Assembly: GCA_030324005.1 (NCBI GenBank)
Contig: JARDVH010000084.1
Coordinates: 49,072,552 to 49,136,551, forward strand
DNA from: Negaprion brevirostris
Taxonomy: Eukaryota
Reading direction: 5' to 3'
Length of the DNA: 64,000 nucleotides
This document shows, piece by piece, positions 1 to 11,092 of the stretch. The notes below the pieces were generated by a model, which was not told the origin of the DNA, searched no databases, and worked only from the letters and a program-made list of their open reading frames with translations. The stretch's first letter is position 1. Every line of letters starts with the position of its first letter. Both the position numbers and the translations under genes were made by a program.

Positions 1-2400
1 ATGACGGATTCTAACATTTTACCTACAACAGACGTTAAACTAACCGGCCTATAATTCCCTGCCTTTTGCCTGCCACCATGTCTGTGGTTTTCTCCTCAGA
101 AGTCCTCCAAATGATTGTAACATGAGAGTTTCCAAACACCACTTCCAAAAAGCACACTTTACAATCTTCTCTCATTATAATGCTTTCCCTTAGCAGTCTG
201 CATTCTGGAATCCACTCAGCTTTTCCAAATGATATTTTTAAACAAGGGTTCTGCTCCACTTTTAAATATATTTTTATTGAAGATTTTCCTAATTTTACAA
301 ACAGCACAACATACTCTTAAGGATTGGTACATTACAGCAGAATCATTTTTCCACGTATACAGACAAGAGAGCACCAATACAATTGATTCAAATTATTCAT
401 TATTTATTACAAATGGCACCTCCACAAACAATTAAAGTTTGCTTCAGAGATTCAGGGAAAAATGAATAACAATATAAAGCCATGATTACATGCATAAAGG
501 TGCACACCCTTTCACACAGAACACTAGGGCTAGAGCTACGTAATTTATGGAAAACTTTATAGGAATAAATCAATGTGGAGCCCAACTTCTCGCGAGATCC
601 AAAGCAAAATACTTGCTCGGGCTCCACAGAGAACAGGACTTTTTTCCCCACCAACACCAAAAAGAAGAGGTGTCTTATAAAGTTAAATGGAGTATCTTGG
701 AAGAGCTGCTGACACAGCTGTCCACAAGGTAACAGGGAGGCACATCAAACATGGTCCCTTTCAGTTCAAGACACCCATCGTCCTCCAGAAGAGTTGCTTG
801 AATCAAAGCTTTTGTCAACCCTCTCTCTTTTAAGAAAAGACATGCAAGTGCCATACAGCCTACACAGGGCACTCTCCAACAAAACTATCTTTCCCTTATG
901 CGTAAGCAAAAGATAGTTTCCCATACTGCCAATTCCAGGATAATTATTTTTATTTATTTGTCACAAGTAAGGCTAACATTAACACTGCAATGAGGTAACT
1001 GTGAAATTCCCCTTCTCAAGCTCAAGCATTCAAAGAACAAAGAACAGCCCAGCACGGGAAATGGGCCCTTCGGCCCAACGAGCCCGCGCCACCGCATCCT
1101 CCTACACCTACCCTGCCCTGCGTGTATGTGAGTGGAACCCCTANNNNNNNNNNNNNNNNNNNNNNNNNNNNNNNNNNNNNNNNNNNNNNNNNNNNNNNNN
1201 NNNNNNNNNNNNNNNNNNNNNNNNNNNNNNNNNNNNNNNNNNNGGAACCTCCAAGAGCAGCCCACGCACGACCCATCGTGTGCATGCCCCTCGTTTGACA
1301 ACAAGGTGGACCGATACCTGCGGATTTAATTTTGATACAGGGCCAAAAGCAAAGTGGATAGGCCTCCAAACCCATGCCATATCTCTGAAACATCAAGGGT
1401 ATAATAGGGTCAAATCTGTGTTTTAGGATTACAGACAGCATGGTGCTTGAAGCTACATTACCTCACTTCATCAAAGGGGTACACTGAAGGATGCATTCCA
1501 CTCAAACAACTGTATTATCCGCATCTTCCAGGATTTACAAAATAGCTATTGCATATTCACCTAAGACGACTATAGGATATTGACAGGTATTAAAAAATGC
1601 TGGATGACCAAAGATTCTTGCACCACGCTTAGGTGAGCACCATATTTCCCCATCTTCAGCTTATGCCAGGGGCACCAGGATATGCATTGTCTGTACCTTT
1701 ACCTGTACCTTTCCAGGAGTCCATCAGATTCTTTGACCCCAAAATAATTCAGGAAAAACAACCAACACCAATAGTTCCAAGGGGACTTTCGCACCAGTTG
1801 TGTGGACTCATTGGGCCATACCTACAATCTCTATACCAAAGCACCCACTCACCTCTCCTGCAGTTGGCATTACTCACATTAGCTACGGCAAGAGTAAAAG
1901 GTAGAACCTACCACCATTAAAAATGTACAGACTATTAAAAACAGATAAATATTGTACAGCACTAGTGTCATACAACCTATCCACTGCGCTCCCCAACAAG
2001 CTCTAAGGATATTAAAATACTAGGATTCAATTTTGACACAAGGCCAGAAGCATTGCAAGTAATCCCCCATGCCACCTTGCACCCCTGGAACAACAAGAAT
2101 ATAGTAGGATCAAATTTGTGTCCTAGACTTGGGGTAATTAAAAGGAACACACTGAGGGATGCGTTCTATTATAAACAAATGGACACCTCTGTTGTTCAAA
2201 GGCTAACAAACAAAATTTGCCTCAGTGCTCATATACTAGATTACTCCTGACAACATGATAAATAACATCGCAAAATCGAAAAAGAAATTCCAAAAAGGGG
2301 TAAAGTCCAGGATTAGAGATGAATTGCAGATTATCACTCCAAATTATTGTCATCCACTGAGAGAGGCCAAAGCGTTAGTAAGGCTGTTGAACAGCCTTAA
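1..2400 (+). pseudogene. Candidate endogenous viral element: decayed filovirus-like L (RNA-dependent RNA polymerase) gene fragments
   Basis: Frameshifted translation gives collinear motifs resembling Ebola L as I recall it: DVKL-PII...CG (DARLSSPIV...CG), KHHF (KHIY), GFC, HTLKD (YTMQD), VEP-LLA-IQ...QRTGLF (LEPLCLAKIQ...ERKGRF), ILEELL (TLEEIT), KKRHA (KVKKHA), IHCAPQQALRILK (IHNLPHRSLRILK), and a C-terminus YYKQMDTSVVQRLTNKICL...stop (YLHRMQDS...IERLTGLLSL...stop). Many stops and indels; interrupted by repeat tails and a gap at ~945-1243. Confidence 0.7.
945..1140 (-). mobile_element. SINE 3' tail plus CR1-type 3' end, inserted in the viral-like element
   Basis: ~950-1012 is the reverse complement of the SINE tail at 11031-11090. 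1033-1090 (aagaacaaagaac...ggcccttcggccc) is the reverse complement of a CR1-type 3' end. Confidence 0.7.
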
Positions 2401-2747
2401 GGAGCCACCAGATATCATCCTCAGGATAGAAAGATAAGCAGGGCAAACTGCAGTCAGATAGCTTTCCAACCTCATTAAAATATTACAACAGCCACCAGTT
2501 GTTAAGTAGCGACTGCTACTTCTATTTACTCTTCACATTGCAGCCCTCTGTAAGCACAGTAGAAAGACAGTTGGAACTGAACCAACCCCACACATACAAA
2601 TACATTTGTCCAACATGAATGTAACTATAGGTTTTATCCTTTTAGGTACAGAAACATTAGTTTAAGCACACTTAAAACTATATCTTATTTCTAATGTTTA
2701 CCAATACACATACAAATCCCTTAAAACGACCTTTGTTTTCCTAACAG

Positions 2748-2932
2748 TATAATGTGGGAAAATGTGAAGTTGTTCACTTCAGCAGGAAGGATAATAAAGC
2801 AGAGTATTGCTTAAATAGTGAATGACTGCAGAATCCTGAGGTACAGAGAGATTGAGGTGTTCTTGTGCATGAGTCACAAAACGTTAGCATGCAAGTACAG
2901 CATATAATCTACAAGGCTAATAGAACGCTACC
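2748..2932 (+). mobile_element. CR1 LINE reverse-transcriptase C-terminal fragment (decayed)
   Basis: Translates to YNVGKCEVVHFSRK..., QRD-GVLVHESQ and KANR, typical of CR1 ORF2. Confidence 0.7.
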
Positions 2933-5147
2933 ATTCACCTAAAGTCTCAGCAGACATGCTTCTCCCCATGCTCCACGTCTCTGTCCATGGACTATCCGGC
3001 TATTGACCAAACTAGTTGCCTTGCCCTTTCTTGCTTTGCAGTAAAAGGGTGGAACAAGATTCTATTGCAGGCCAATCTAACTCAATTCCAATCCCAGAGT
3101 GAATGCATTCAGGCAAAACAGAAAAGTTATTGCCCTTTCTTCCTGTGGCAACTTTCCTGGCAACAACTGCCTCCAGTGATATGACTGAAATCAGGGAAAA
3201 GGAAAGACAGACATGCATTACATAGCTCACCATATGCTACAGACTTCCTAATCAATCATACCATAACACGCCATTCATGACTCTAGCTTTTAAGCAAGAC
3301 TTTGGTTGGGAATATGCCCCTTATTAATATGATCTGAAATAAAACTACTTAAATTGGCTTAGATTGTTCATAAATGGCTGAACCTTCAATATATGGTCAC
3401 AGTGAAATTATTCTGCACTCCAAGCATAAACCTGCATTTCCGATCCTCCCAAAACTGTCAACACTTTTAGGACTGTAATGAATCACAAGATTTATAGAGC
3501 GTTTGAGTCAATTATTACTGCATTTTAAAACACTATTAGAGAACAATTCATAAATTCATTGTTGCACAAACGCTTAAAAAAAGGCAAATATTTTATATTC
3601 CAAGTTTTAAGCACATTAAAACAAATTAGTTGAATTTGTAATTGTTATGTCAAGCATATTGTTTAAAGTTTGTCTTCACCTTCCTGCCCCCAAACCAAAC
3701 CACCCCAAAAAAAATATAACTCATATACTTAAATTAAATAATTTTTTCTCCACCCCNNNNNNNNNNCTTGCCGTCTGATTGTAGTCACCTTTCCCCCCAA
3801 ACCCAACCCACCCCAAAGAAATTATACCTCTTATCCTTCATTGAATTCATGTTTGCTCCACCGCTGCTGACTACCCTCTAGAATCTGACCCAAGAAGTCA
3901 TTTTTGGCTGAAGAGACTAATGTTTGTGGACCAACCAACTGTGGATTGCATTTCAGCTGTGTCTGATGATGTCCTCACCCAACAGACATATCCAGGAAGA
4001 GTCAGTAGACAGTAAGCAAGACTGGGTACACAAACTGGTTTTGTTTCCCTCTTAAGGCAATGAAGTCAATTATAAAATCCCAACTATTGTCCCAGAAGAT
4101 CAGCTAACTGAGTAGATAAGCAATAGAACCTGGAATCATCTAATCTACATGTCTTAGCCGTACATTGGGCAGTCTCTTCACTGGGTGAGCCCATCAAGGA
4201 CCACAGAATACTGCTGATATTTTGTTTTAAACTCGTGTGCCTACAGTGTGCAACTCACGTTCCACAACACATGTTCCCTACCAGCCGTGGAGAGATCTTG
4301 TAACATGATGGAATCCTGTCATTATCTGTCTTCACTTTCACTCTTAATACACTGGGTTACATTCCCTGAATAAGTGCCAAACTACCAGAAGGTCAAAATC
4401 TAAAGGTGAAGATTTAAATTCTCTTATACATAGTATTTAAAAAATGCTTTTTATAGTCCGGTAATAAAGGACAAACAATTTGTGTTTAAATAATTTTTAT
4501 TTAAACTGGAACTCTTAATTAACTGAGTGGGTAAATGCACTGCATGATGCAGTGACACAGAGTAGGAAGGCCTTAGCTGTAAGTTAACCAATTCAGGGCC
4601 ACAATGTACATGCCAATATCATTTGAACTAAAAAGGAAAAAACCCAGCCAGCATTTCCATTCCTGAGCAATGTCCAGTGATCTTTGTGAGAAAGTAAATG
4701 GAAGTGAATAGGAAACACTGGCCAAGTACAACAATGCAATCTAGACGTGGGGAGAAGAGCTTCATTTCCTCAAATGACACCAATCCCTTGGTGCCTCAAC
4801 CAAATGTTTATTCTTTATGTGAACGGTGAAAAAGTGCATGTTATCAAGCGGTTCAACTATGGAGAGAACCACAGTCCTCTCATATCCTGTCATTATCAGA
4901 TGACTACAAACATGCAGTTGACTAGAATCACTGGATGGTGTTAAAGAAACAAACTCAGGTTATTTCTCCTCCACTGCTGCCTCTGGCTAAGAGCAGTGAA
5001 CAGGGGCAGTGAATTAAGGGACATTCCTTGTCAAAATAATTTGGTTCTACTGATCAATTGAACCACAGAAAAGCTAATTTGAAAACATAAAATAATTGCA
5101 CTCATTGAACACTACTATGACCTAAACAAAGTAAATACTAGACTTAC

Positions 5148-5232
5148 CAGTGCAAGTTTGAACCCATTTAGCGTGGGATTAATTGTCAGCTTGATACACG
5201 TAGGTAATAGTGTCAGAAGTGTGGCAGCAAAA
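5148..5232 (-). CDS. ALG6: ALG6 coding exon 10 (FAATLLTLLPTCIKLTINPTLNGFKLAL)
   Basis: 85 nt, tttttcag/gtaagt boundaries, frame continuous with the previous exon, similar to human [28 protein letters not shown]. Confidence 0.93.
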
Positions 5233-7074
5233 CTGAAAAACAAAACAACATTGTTAAACCACTAACATATAAAATAGCAACACATCAAATGCAAAATAGG
5301 CAATAATACTTCAAAACTAATTAGCGGAGAGGAAGAATGGTGGAGCTGACTTACCTCATAACATTGCTTTCTTTTGAGAAAGATCCTACATCAGATCAGT
5401 CTCTTCTTGATATGTTACTGGAGACTAGGGAATTGGCATCTGTACTTAACGTCAAATGCCAACCTACCCAATTCCAAGAATTTTACCCATAATGAGCACA
5501 CCATTTTAGAACTAATCTTGAGGAAAATCATCTGGAGCTATAAATAACCTCTCAAACTTCAATTGAGCTTCTAACTGGCGACAACAATAGGATGCATTTT
5601 TTTTCTTTCTAAAGGTCTATGCTACTAAAGATATGGGATATCAGTCTGGGAAATAAGAAAACTGAAGCACCAGTCCAGAAAACCATCATCCCCTATCAAT
5701 CACTTACCTAAGTTTCCCTTGACACACAGTAAATGTCCCATAACAGTCTGCCTTAGCTCCAACCCTACAATACAGTGTGGCCATTTTTCAGTCTAGTGGT
5801 TGAGGTAGATTCCTAGTATAGTTGCAATTTATCCGTGACAATTTTCTCCTGTAAACCTATGCCCAGTAGAAACTAATTAGCATCACCTGAATAGTCCCAT
5901 TGCTAACAGGGAAAAAAAAAGTTTTAGTCCTTTCAGCTGGATTTCCCCCCCCTCCCCCCACAGGGGAAAATACATACAAATATAACAGGTTTGTTTGACT
6001 TGTACAAAAAAAAGTCAATGTTAGCTTTTGATACAGTAATTCATTTTTTTCTTTCCCATTTCTTCTGAAGCCTCGCGGTCTCAAGTTCTGACAGTCCATT
6101 GTGTGTGTCCATGCTTTTATTCTTCATGTGGAAAGCATATCATGTAGCAAACCTCCACCTACCATTGGCAAATCAGCATTTCTCCTTGAAGCCAATATAT
6201 GGATTATCTCCTCAGTAGAAGAGAGCATTGAGGTCAATTGCTAATGTCATATCAGCTGTAACCAGTGAACTTAAACATATCAGGGGTCACAGTTTCTTAG
6301 TCCATATAGCACAGCACTACAAGAGGCAGCGTATTTGCCTGCTGAGTTATTGCAAGAACATTAAAAGGCTAAATTTAGGATCACTTGCAATGAGCATTCA
6401 CAGACTACACAGTCCAGCCATTTAAAATGTCACTAATAATCCACTCGCTCTAACCAATAGGCAAATCAAATATTGTCCAAACTAATATATTGTAAAGTTG
6501 AAACAATTTTGTGCCTATAATGTGAGTTTTATAGAAGTTGTGAATATGAAATACACAGTTTTGCAAATATCTAATTGATGAATCATGTTAATATTTTGCA
6601 GATAATTTTTAGTTCTGTGAAAATTAAAATTTAACTATTGAAAGTGGGATAAATGAATCTAAAGCTGTCTGGAGTTCATTACACTCAAAAAGGTTATGGG
6701 ACCATGTTGACCTAAGGGGACAACAGCTAGAAAAGCAAGATCCTAAAACAGTAGGTGAGATTACTGATCTGGGGAACTGGAGGCATAGTGTCTACACTGC
6801 TTGCAGAGAAGGGCAGTCCAGAGATCTTTTGCTTTGGGAGTTAGAGCCAAATTAGTTTGAAAGCATTCTGTAACCCTTAAAGGTTATATCATCATGGAGA
6901 TGGGTGGAGTTTAAGTAGGTTCTTTCATTTCAATTGATCTGGCCATTTGCTCAGAGGTTGGTTGTAATTTGGACTTCATGTGGTTTGCAGTTCAAAGAAA
7001 AGCCCTGGGAGTTGTTTGGTGTAGTTAGGGCTCAGAGATGTTCTGGAGAGCTGAGGCGGTTGGAGAACAAGTCT

Positions 7075-7272
7075 CCAGCACTGCAGCTAGGATGCTGTCA
7101 AGACTCACCCTTTGCTGCATGTTGTTCACTCAGCTGCTTCCTGATATCACATGGAGTGAACTGAAATGGTTGTAGACTGGCATCTATGATGCTGGGGACC
7201 CCAGAAGGAGGCTAAGGTGAATCATTCAACTGCACTTCTGGCTGAAGATGGTGCAAATACTTGAGCCTTCTC
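7075..7272 (-). mobile_element. Old LINE fragment
   Basis: Resembles a common chondrichthyan LINE ORF2 segment; related pieces at ~18200-18460 and ~31200-31540. Confidence 0.5.
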
Positions 7273-7521
7273 CGAATGATGATTTGTGCATGATAATGGA
7301 AAACATCTATTGAACCATATTATAACACAAGTTACCATCTTCAGGAAAGATGAGAAGAGAGTTTGAATGGGAGTTATAAACTCACATGGATTAACATAAT
7401 TAACTTACGTTAATTACAATTACCTAAAAATGGGGACAAGCAGGGACAGGGTGTTGGTGATTAAAAAAAACAATGACATGTCTTCATGATGTAATATAGA
7501 TCGACAAGAGCAGAGCATTAC

Positions 7522-7607
7522 CTGAGCCAAATCTGGGTTGAAGGTGATAAAATCTTCTTCACCTTCAATATGACAGATAAACTGCACCACACATTTGCGA
7601 CTTTATC
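7522..7607 (-). CDS. ALG6: ALG6 coding exon 9 (DKVANVWCSLSVILKVKKILSPSTQIWL)
   Basis: 86 nt, ag/gtaatg boundaries, conserved DKVANxWC motif. Confidence 0.95.
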
Positions 7608-8834
7608 CTATTTAGAAAAAACATGTAAATAATCATCAGAAGCAACATACAAATTATTTCATCGAGTACCTGTGGCATGGTAAACTTTAACAAGGATCAG
7701 AAACAAATGAGTTGGATCTCAATTTTTAAACAGCTTCACCTCAGTGATGTCATATGACCACAGTTGCCATTCGCTTACTTCCTTGCTCTTCCACCAGTGA
7801 AATAATACAAAGTATGGGATCCTGTGGACCATGCAAATTGTGGACAGTGCTCGCACAGTGGGTATCATTCAGCAAGTATGCACTCAAATAAGGGAGGTGG
7901 ATATTGAGGCAAGGCTTTCTAAAAGATAGAGAAGTTTTAGAGAAGTGCAACAATGATGAACCAGGGAGTTAAAACGTTAGATAATGAAAAAAACAAGTTA
8001 CGAAAAGTAGAATTATTTTCATTGTCAGAAAAATGAGGTTAGAAAGCATAGAATGAAAAATGGCCAACAAGTTCATCACTCCTTCCATACAGTATGTACA
8101 ATCTGCTCAATCATGGACTCCATTTCCTCCATTTAACATTGAGGCATAAATATTTTGGAACATTTATCTATTCTGGTACTACCCATGGACAATAGCCTTT
8201 TTTCACCCAGCAAGACAGGAACCACTGTAGTCCATTACTACATGTCCAACCAGATATTTATCTGAATCCTTTGTGGAGGAATTAATTTATTCAGCTTCAC
8301 CAGCTTTTGCTGAATCTGTTCCACGTGATTGAAAACCATTGATAAACAAGTTAGTTATCTTAAGCAATGACTGCATTACTGGAGAAACAAATGTACTGTT
8401 TAAAAAAAAGGTTTCTTGCCCAGAGAACTGAGCATCTGGAATAATTATCCAGCAAAAACATAATAACTTCTTCAGTCAGGAGTTAACTAAATTCTGATTA
8501 AGAATGGAATTGAGAATGATAAAAAGTATACAATGAATTCATGAATGATGCACAAAACATTATAGTTCCTGTACTACTGTGGTCAATTTTACCCATGGAA
8601 TCCAGTTAACACTGAGTTTTACATTGAGAAGAGGCACCAAGCTATCAACGGCCTCTGTTAGGAATTCACATTGTTGATAGAGGGGTTGCCTGGGGTAGCA
8701 GATTGAAAGGTTGTGTGTTATTTTCTAGTTCCAATTAAGATTGAGCTATTTTAATTTTTGTTTCAGATATAGACTAAAATTTGATGATCCTGCTGTAGAA
8801 CCTAAACAAAGGCCCCAGCTTACTGATTGGATGA

Positions 8835-9110
8835 GGAATTTGGGACACAGACTTACGGTTTTGGGCAAGAGATACAGGGAGGAAGTTTTTTTAAAAAACA
8901 CAGCAAGCACTAACAGCCTGGAACTTGCTACCTATGAAGGTAGTTGAATAGAATGTGACCAATGATTTCAAAAGGAAATTGAATGGACACAAGGAATATA
9001 AACTTGCATGATGATGGGGACAGAGTGGGGGGAGGGGACTGACTGGATTGCCCAAAGAACTGGCACAGACTCAATTGGCTGAATGGCCTTCTTCTGTGCC
9101 ATAACGAGTC
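8835..9110 (+). mobile_element. CR1 LINE 3' end (older copy)
   Basis: GHRLTVLGKRY segment and ggctgaatggccttcttctgtgc tail. Confidence 0.65.
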
Positions 9111-9182
9111 TGAATTTATAGCTATATTTTCCCCATTATTCTCTTAATATGTCCCACTTAGCACAATAGTACTACACAACAT

Positions 9183-9492
9183 TTCTTTTCCCCAGGGCTG
9201 AAATGGTTGCCACAAGAGGACACAGGTTTAAGGTGCTGGGGAGTAGGTACAGAGGAGATGTCAGGGGTAAGTTTTTCCCTCAGAGGGTGGTGGGTGCGTG
9301 GAATAGGGTGCCGGCAACTGTGGTGGAGGTGGGTTCGATCAGGTGTTTTAAGAGACTTTTAAATAAATATATGGAACTGAATAACAAAGAGGGTTATAGG
9401 TAAGCCTAGTAATCTCTCAAGTAGGGACATGTTCGGCACAACTTTGTAGGCCAAAGGGCTTGTATTGTGCTATAGTTTTTCAATGTTTCTAA
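9183..9492 (+). mobile_element. CR1 LINE 3' end (younger copy)
   Basis: ORF TRGHRFKVLGSRYRGDVRGKFFPQRVVGAWN is the canonical CR1 ORF2 C-terminus. The same tail recurs at 10463-10525. Confidence 0.85.
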
Positions 9493-10289
9493 TCTCCCAA
9501 AGTACACTGCTCAAGTCTAGAATTTCTCAAACCATTGCTCTTTAATTTACAGCAAGTATTGACACATTTGGACTTTGAAACAAGGCTGGAGCTCCCAGAT
9601 CTCCCAGTCTTCTCAGCCCTGCGATCTGTTATCGCGTGTGCCTCTGTTGTTAACCCTGCCTCTCTGAAAAATGGAGCAGATTGCACTATCCCCTGAGGCC
9701 TCAATTATTACCGTTCACACACTACTTTCGTCAATTATCTCACTCAAAACTCAATCCCGGGCTTTTCTGGAAACACCTTGATATTTTAATTTCAGATTGC
9801 ATTCATGCTGCCTCCCCACCCCCCCGTTAATTCACCTGGGGAGAGGACGCTGGTACTTTGTCCACAAAGAGCAGGGAAGGCCCTGGTTTGACACTCAGTC
9901 AGTGCTGAGTGACTGGTCCCAGCTAAGGTGTGCTGGCAGTGGTGTAGAAACTGGTCTCAGTGGTCCCAGTTTGACAAAGGGTTGGAGGATCTCCCCACCC
10001 CACCCTCCAGTCCTGATCACCATCCAGCAACACTGACCACAAAGGTTCATTAGGCAAGGATCAAATTAAGTCTCAGACCCTAGTTGGTACTCAGTCTAGG
10101 ATCACAGAACCAGGATAAAATGACGGGGTGATTGACACCCTGTGGAACCTTCCAGCTGCAGAAATGAGAGAGCCCCTTAGGGAGAAGATGATAAGGGGAT
10201 AAATTAATGGTAAAGGAAGTAGGAAGAACCATCATCACTGATACATGTGATGTGCAGATGCCAGTATTGGAGTGGTGTGGGCACAGTCA

Positions 10290-10362
10290 GTAGTCACACA
10301 ACACCAGGTTAAAGTCCAACAGGCTTATTTGGTAGCACGAGCTTTTGGAGCGCTGCTCTTTC
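10290..10362 (-). mobile_element. Penelope-like element terminus, truncated by an assembly gap
   Basis: cacaacaccaggttaaagtccaacagg...agcacgagcttttggagcgctgctctttc. The reverse strand reads GAAAGAGCAGCGCTCCAAAAGCTCGTG, a hammerhead stem-II-like segment. Confidence 0.5.
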
Positions 10363-10796
10363 NNNNNNNNNNNNNNNNNNNNNNNNNNNNNNNNNNNNNN
10401 NNNNNNNNNNNNNNNNNNNNNNNNNNNNNNNNNNNNNNNNNNNNNNNNNNNNNNNNNNNNNNCATGTTCAGCACAACTTTGTGGGCTGAAGGGCCTGTAT
10501 TGTGCTGTAGTTTTTCTATGTTTCTAACATTGCAATGTGTGGTGCGGTCCCATCACTATGTTAAAAGGGACAGACTAATGAAACGTCTAGAAGGCCAAAG
10601 CAAGGCATCAATGAGATGTCACATATTCTGAACAGCAGCATAATTGTAGAACACTGCAATTTATAACCCCATGGCCCACCAGATTCTGGGATCATATCCG
10701 TTCTCAATCTTAATAAAAACAATTTTAGTTTTGAGTCTCTCCTCATATTGCTCACTTTTGTTTTCTTTGGTAGTTATTGAGTACCATAACTGGACC

Positions 10797-11092
10797 AGCA
10801 GCATGGTGGCACACTGGTTAGCACTGCTGCCTCACAGGGTTAGGGACTTGGGTTCGATTCCCGGCTTGAACCACTGTCTGTGCAGAGTCTGCACATTCTC
10901 TCTGTGTCTGCATGGCTTTTCTCCAGATACTCCAGTTTCCTCCCAGAGTCCAAAAGATGTGCTACTTAGGTGCATTGCCATGCTAAATTCTCCCTCAGTG
11001 TATCTGAACCGGCGCTGGAGTATGGCACCAGGGGATTTTCACAGTAACTTCATTGCAGTGTTAATGTAAGCCTACTTGTGACCATAATAAAT
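10797..11092 (+). mobile_element. tRNA-derived V-SINE, tail type A
   Basis: A/B-box head (tggttagcactgctgcctcacag...gggttcgattccc), V-SINE-like core, and tail ggggattttcacagtaacttcattgcagtgttaatgtaagcctacttgtga. Confidence 0.85.

Noticed and set aside
229-435. ORF PLLNIFLLKIFLILQ resembling hepadnavirus surface protein
   Set aside because: The overlapping frame lacks hepadnaviral RT motifs, and the surrounding motifs fit filovirus L collinearly instead.
1322-2050. Repeated peptide GFNFDT read as an RT primer-grip motif
   Set aside because: The shifted frame (ILIQGQK / ILTQGQKH) fits the L C-terminal context better, and no RT core is present.
3676-3862. Apparent ~85-bp tandem duplication
   Set aside because: The copies flank an N gap and the first is full of A/C substitutions typical of a poor read end; probably an assembly artefact.
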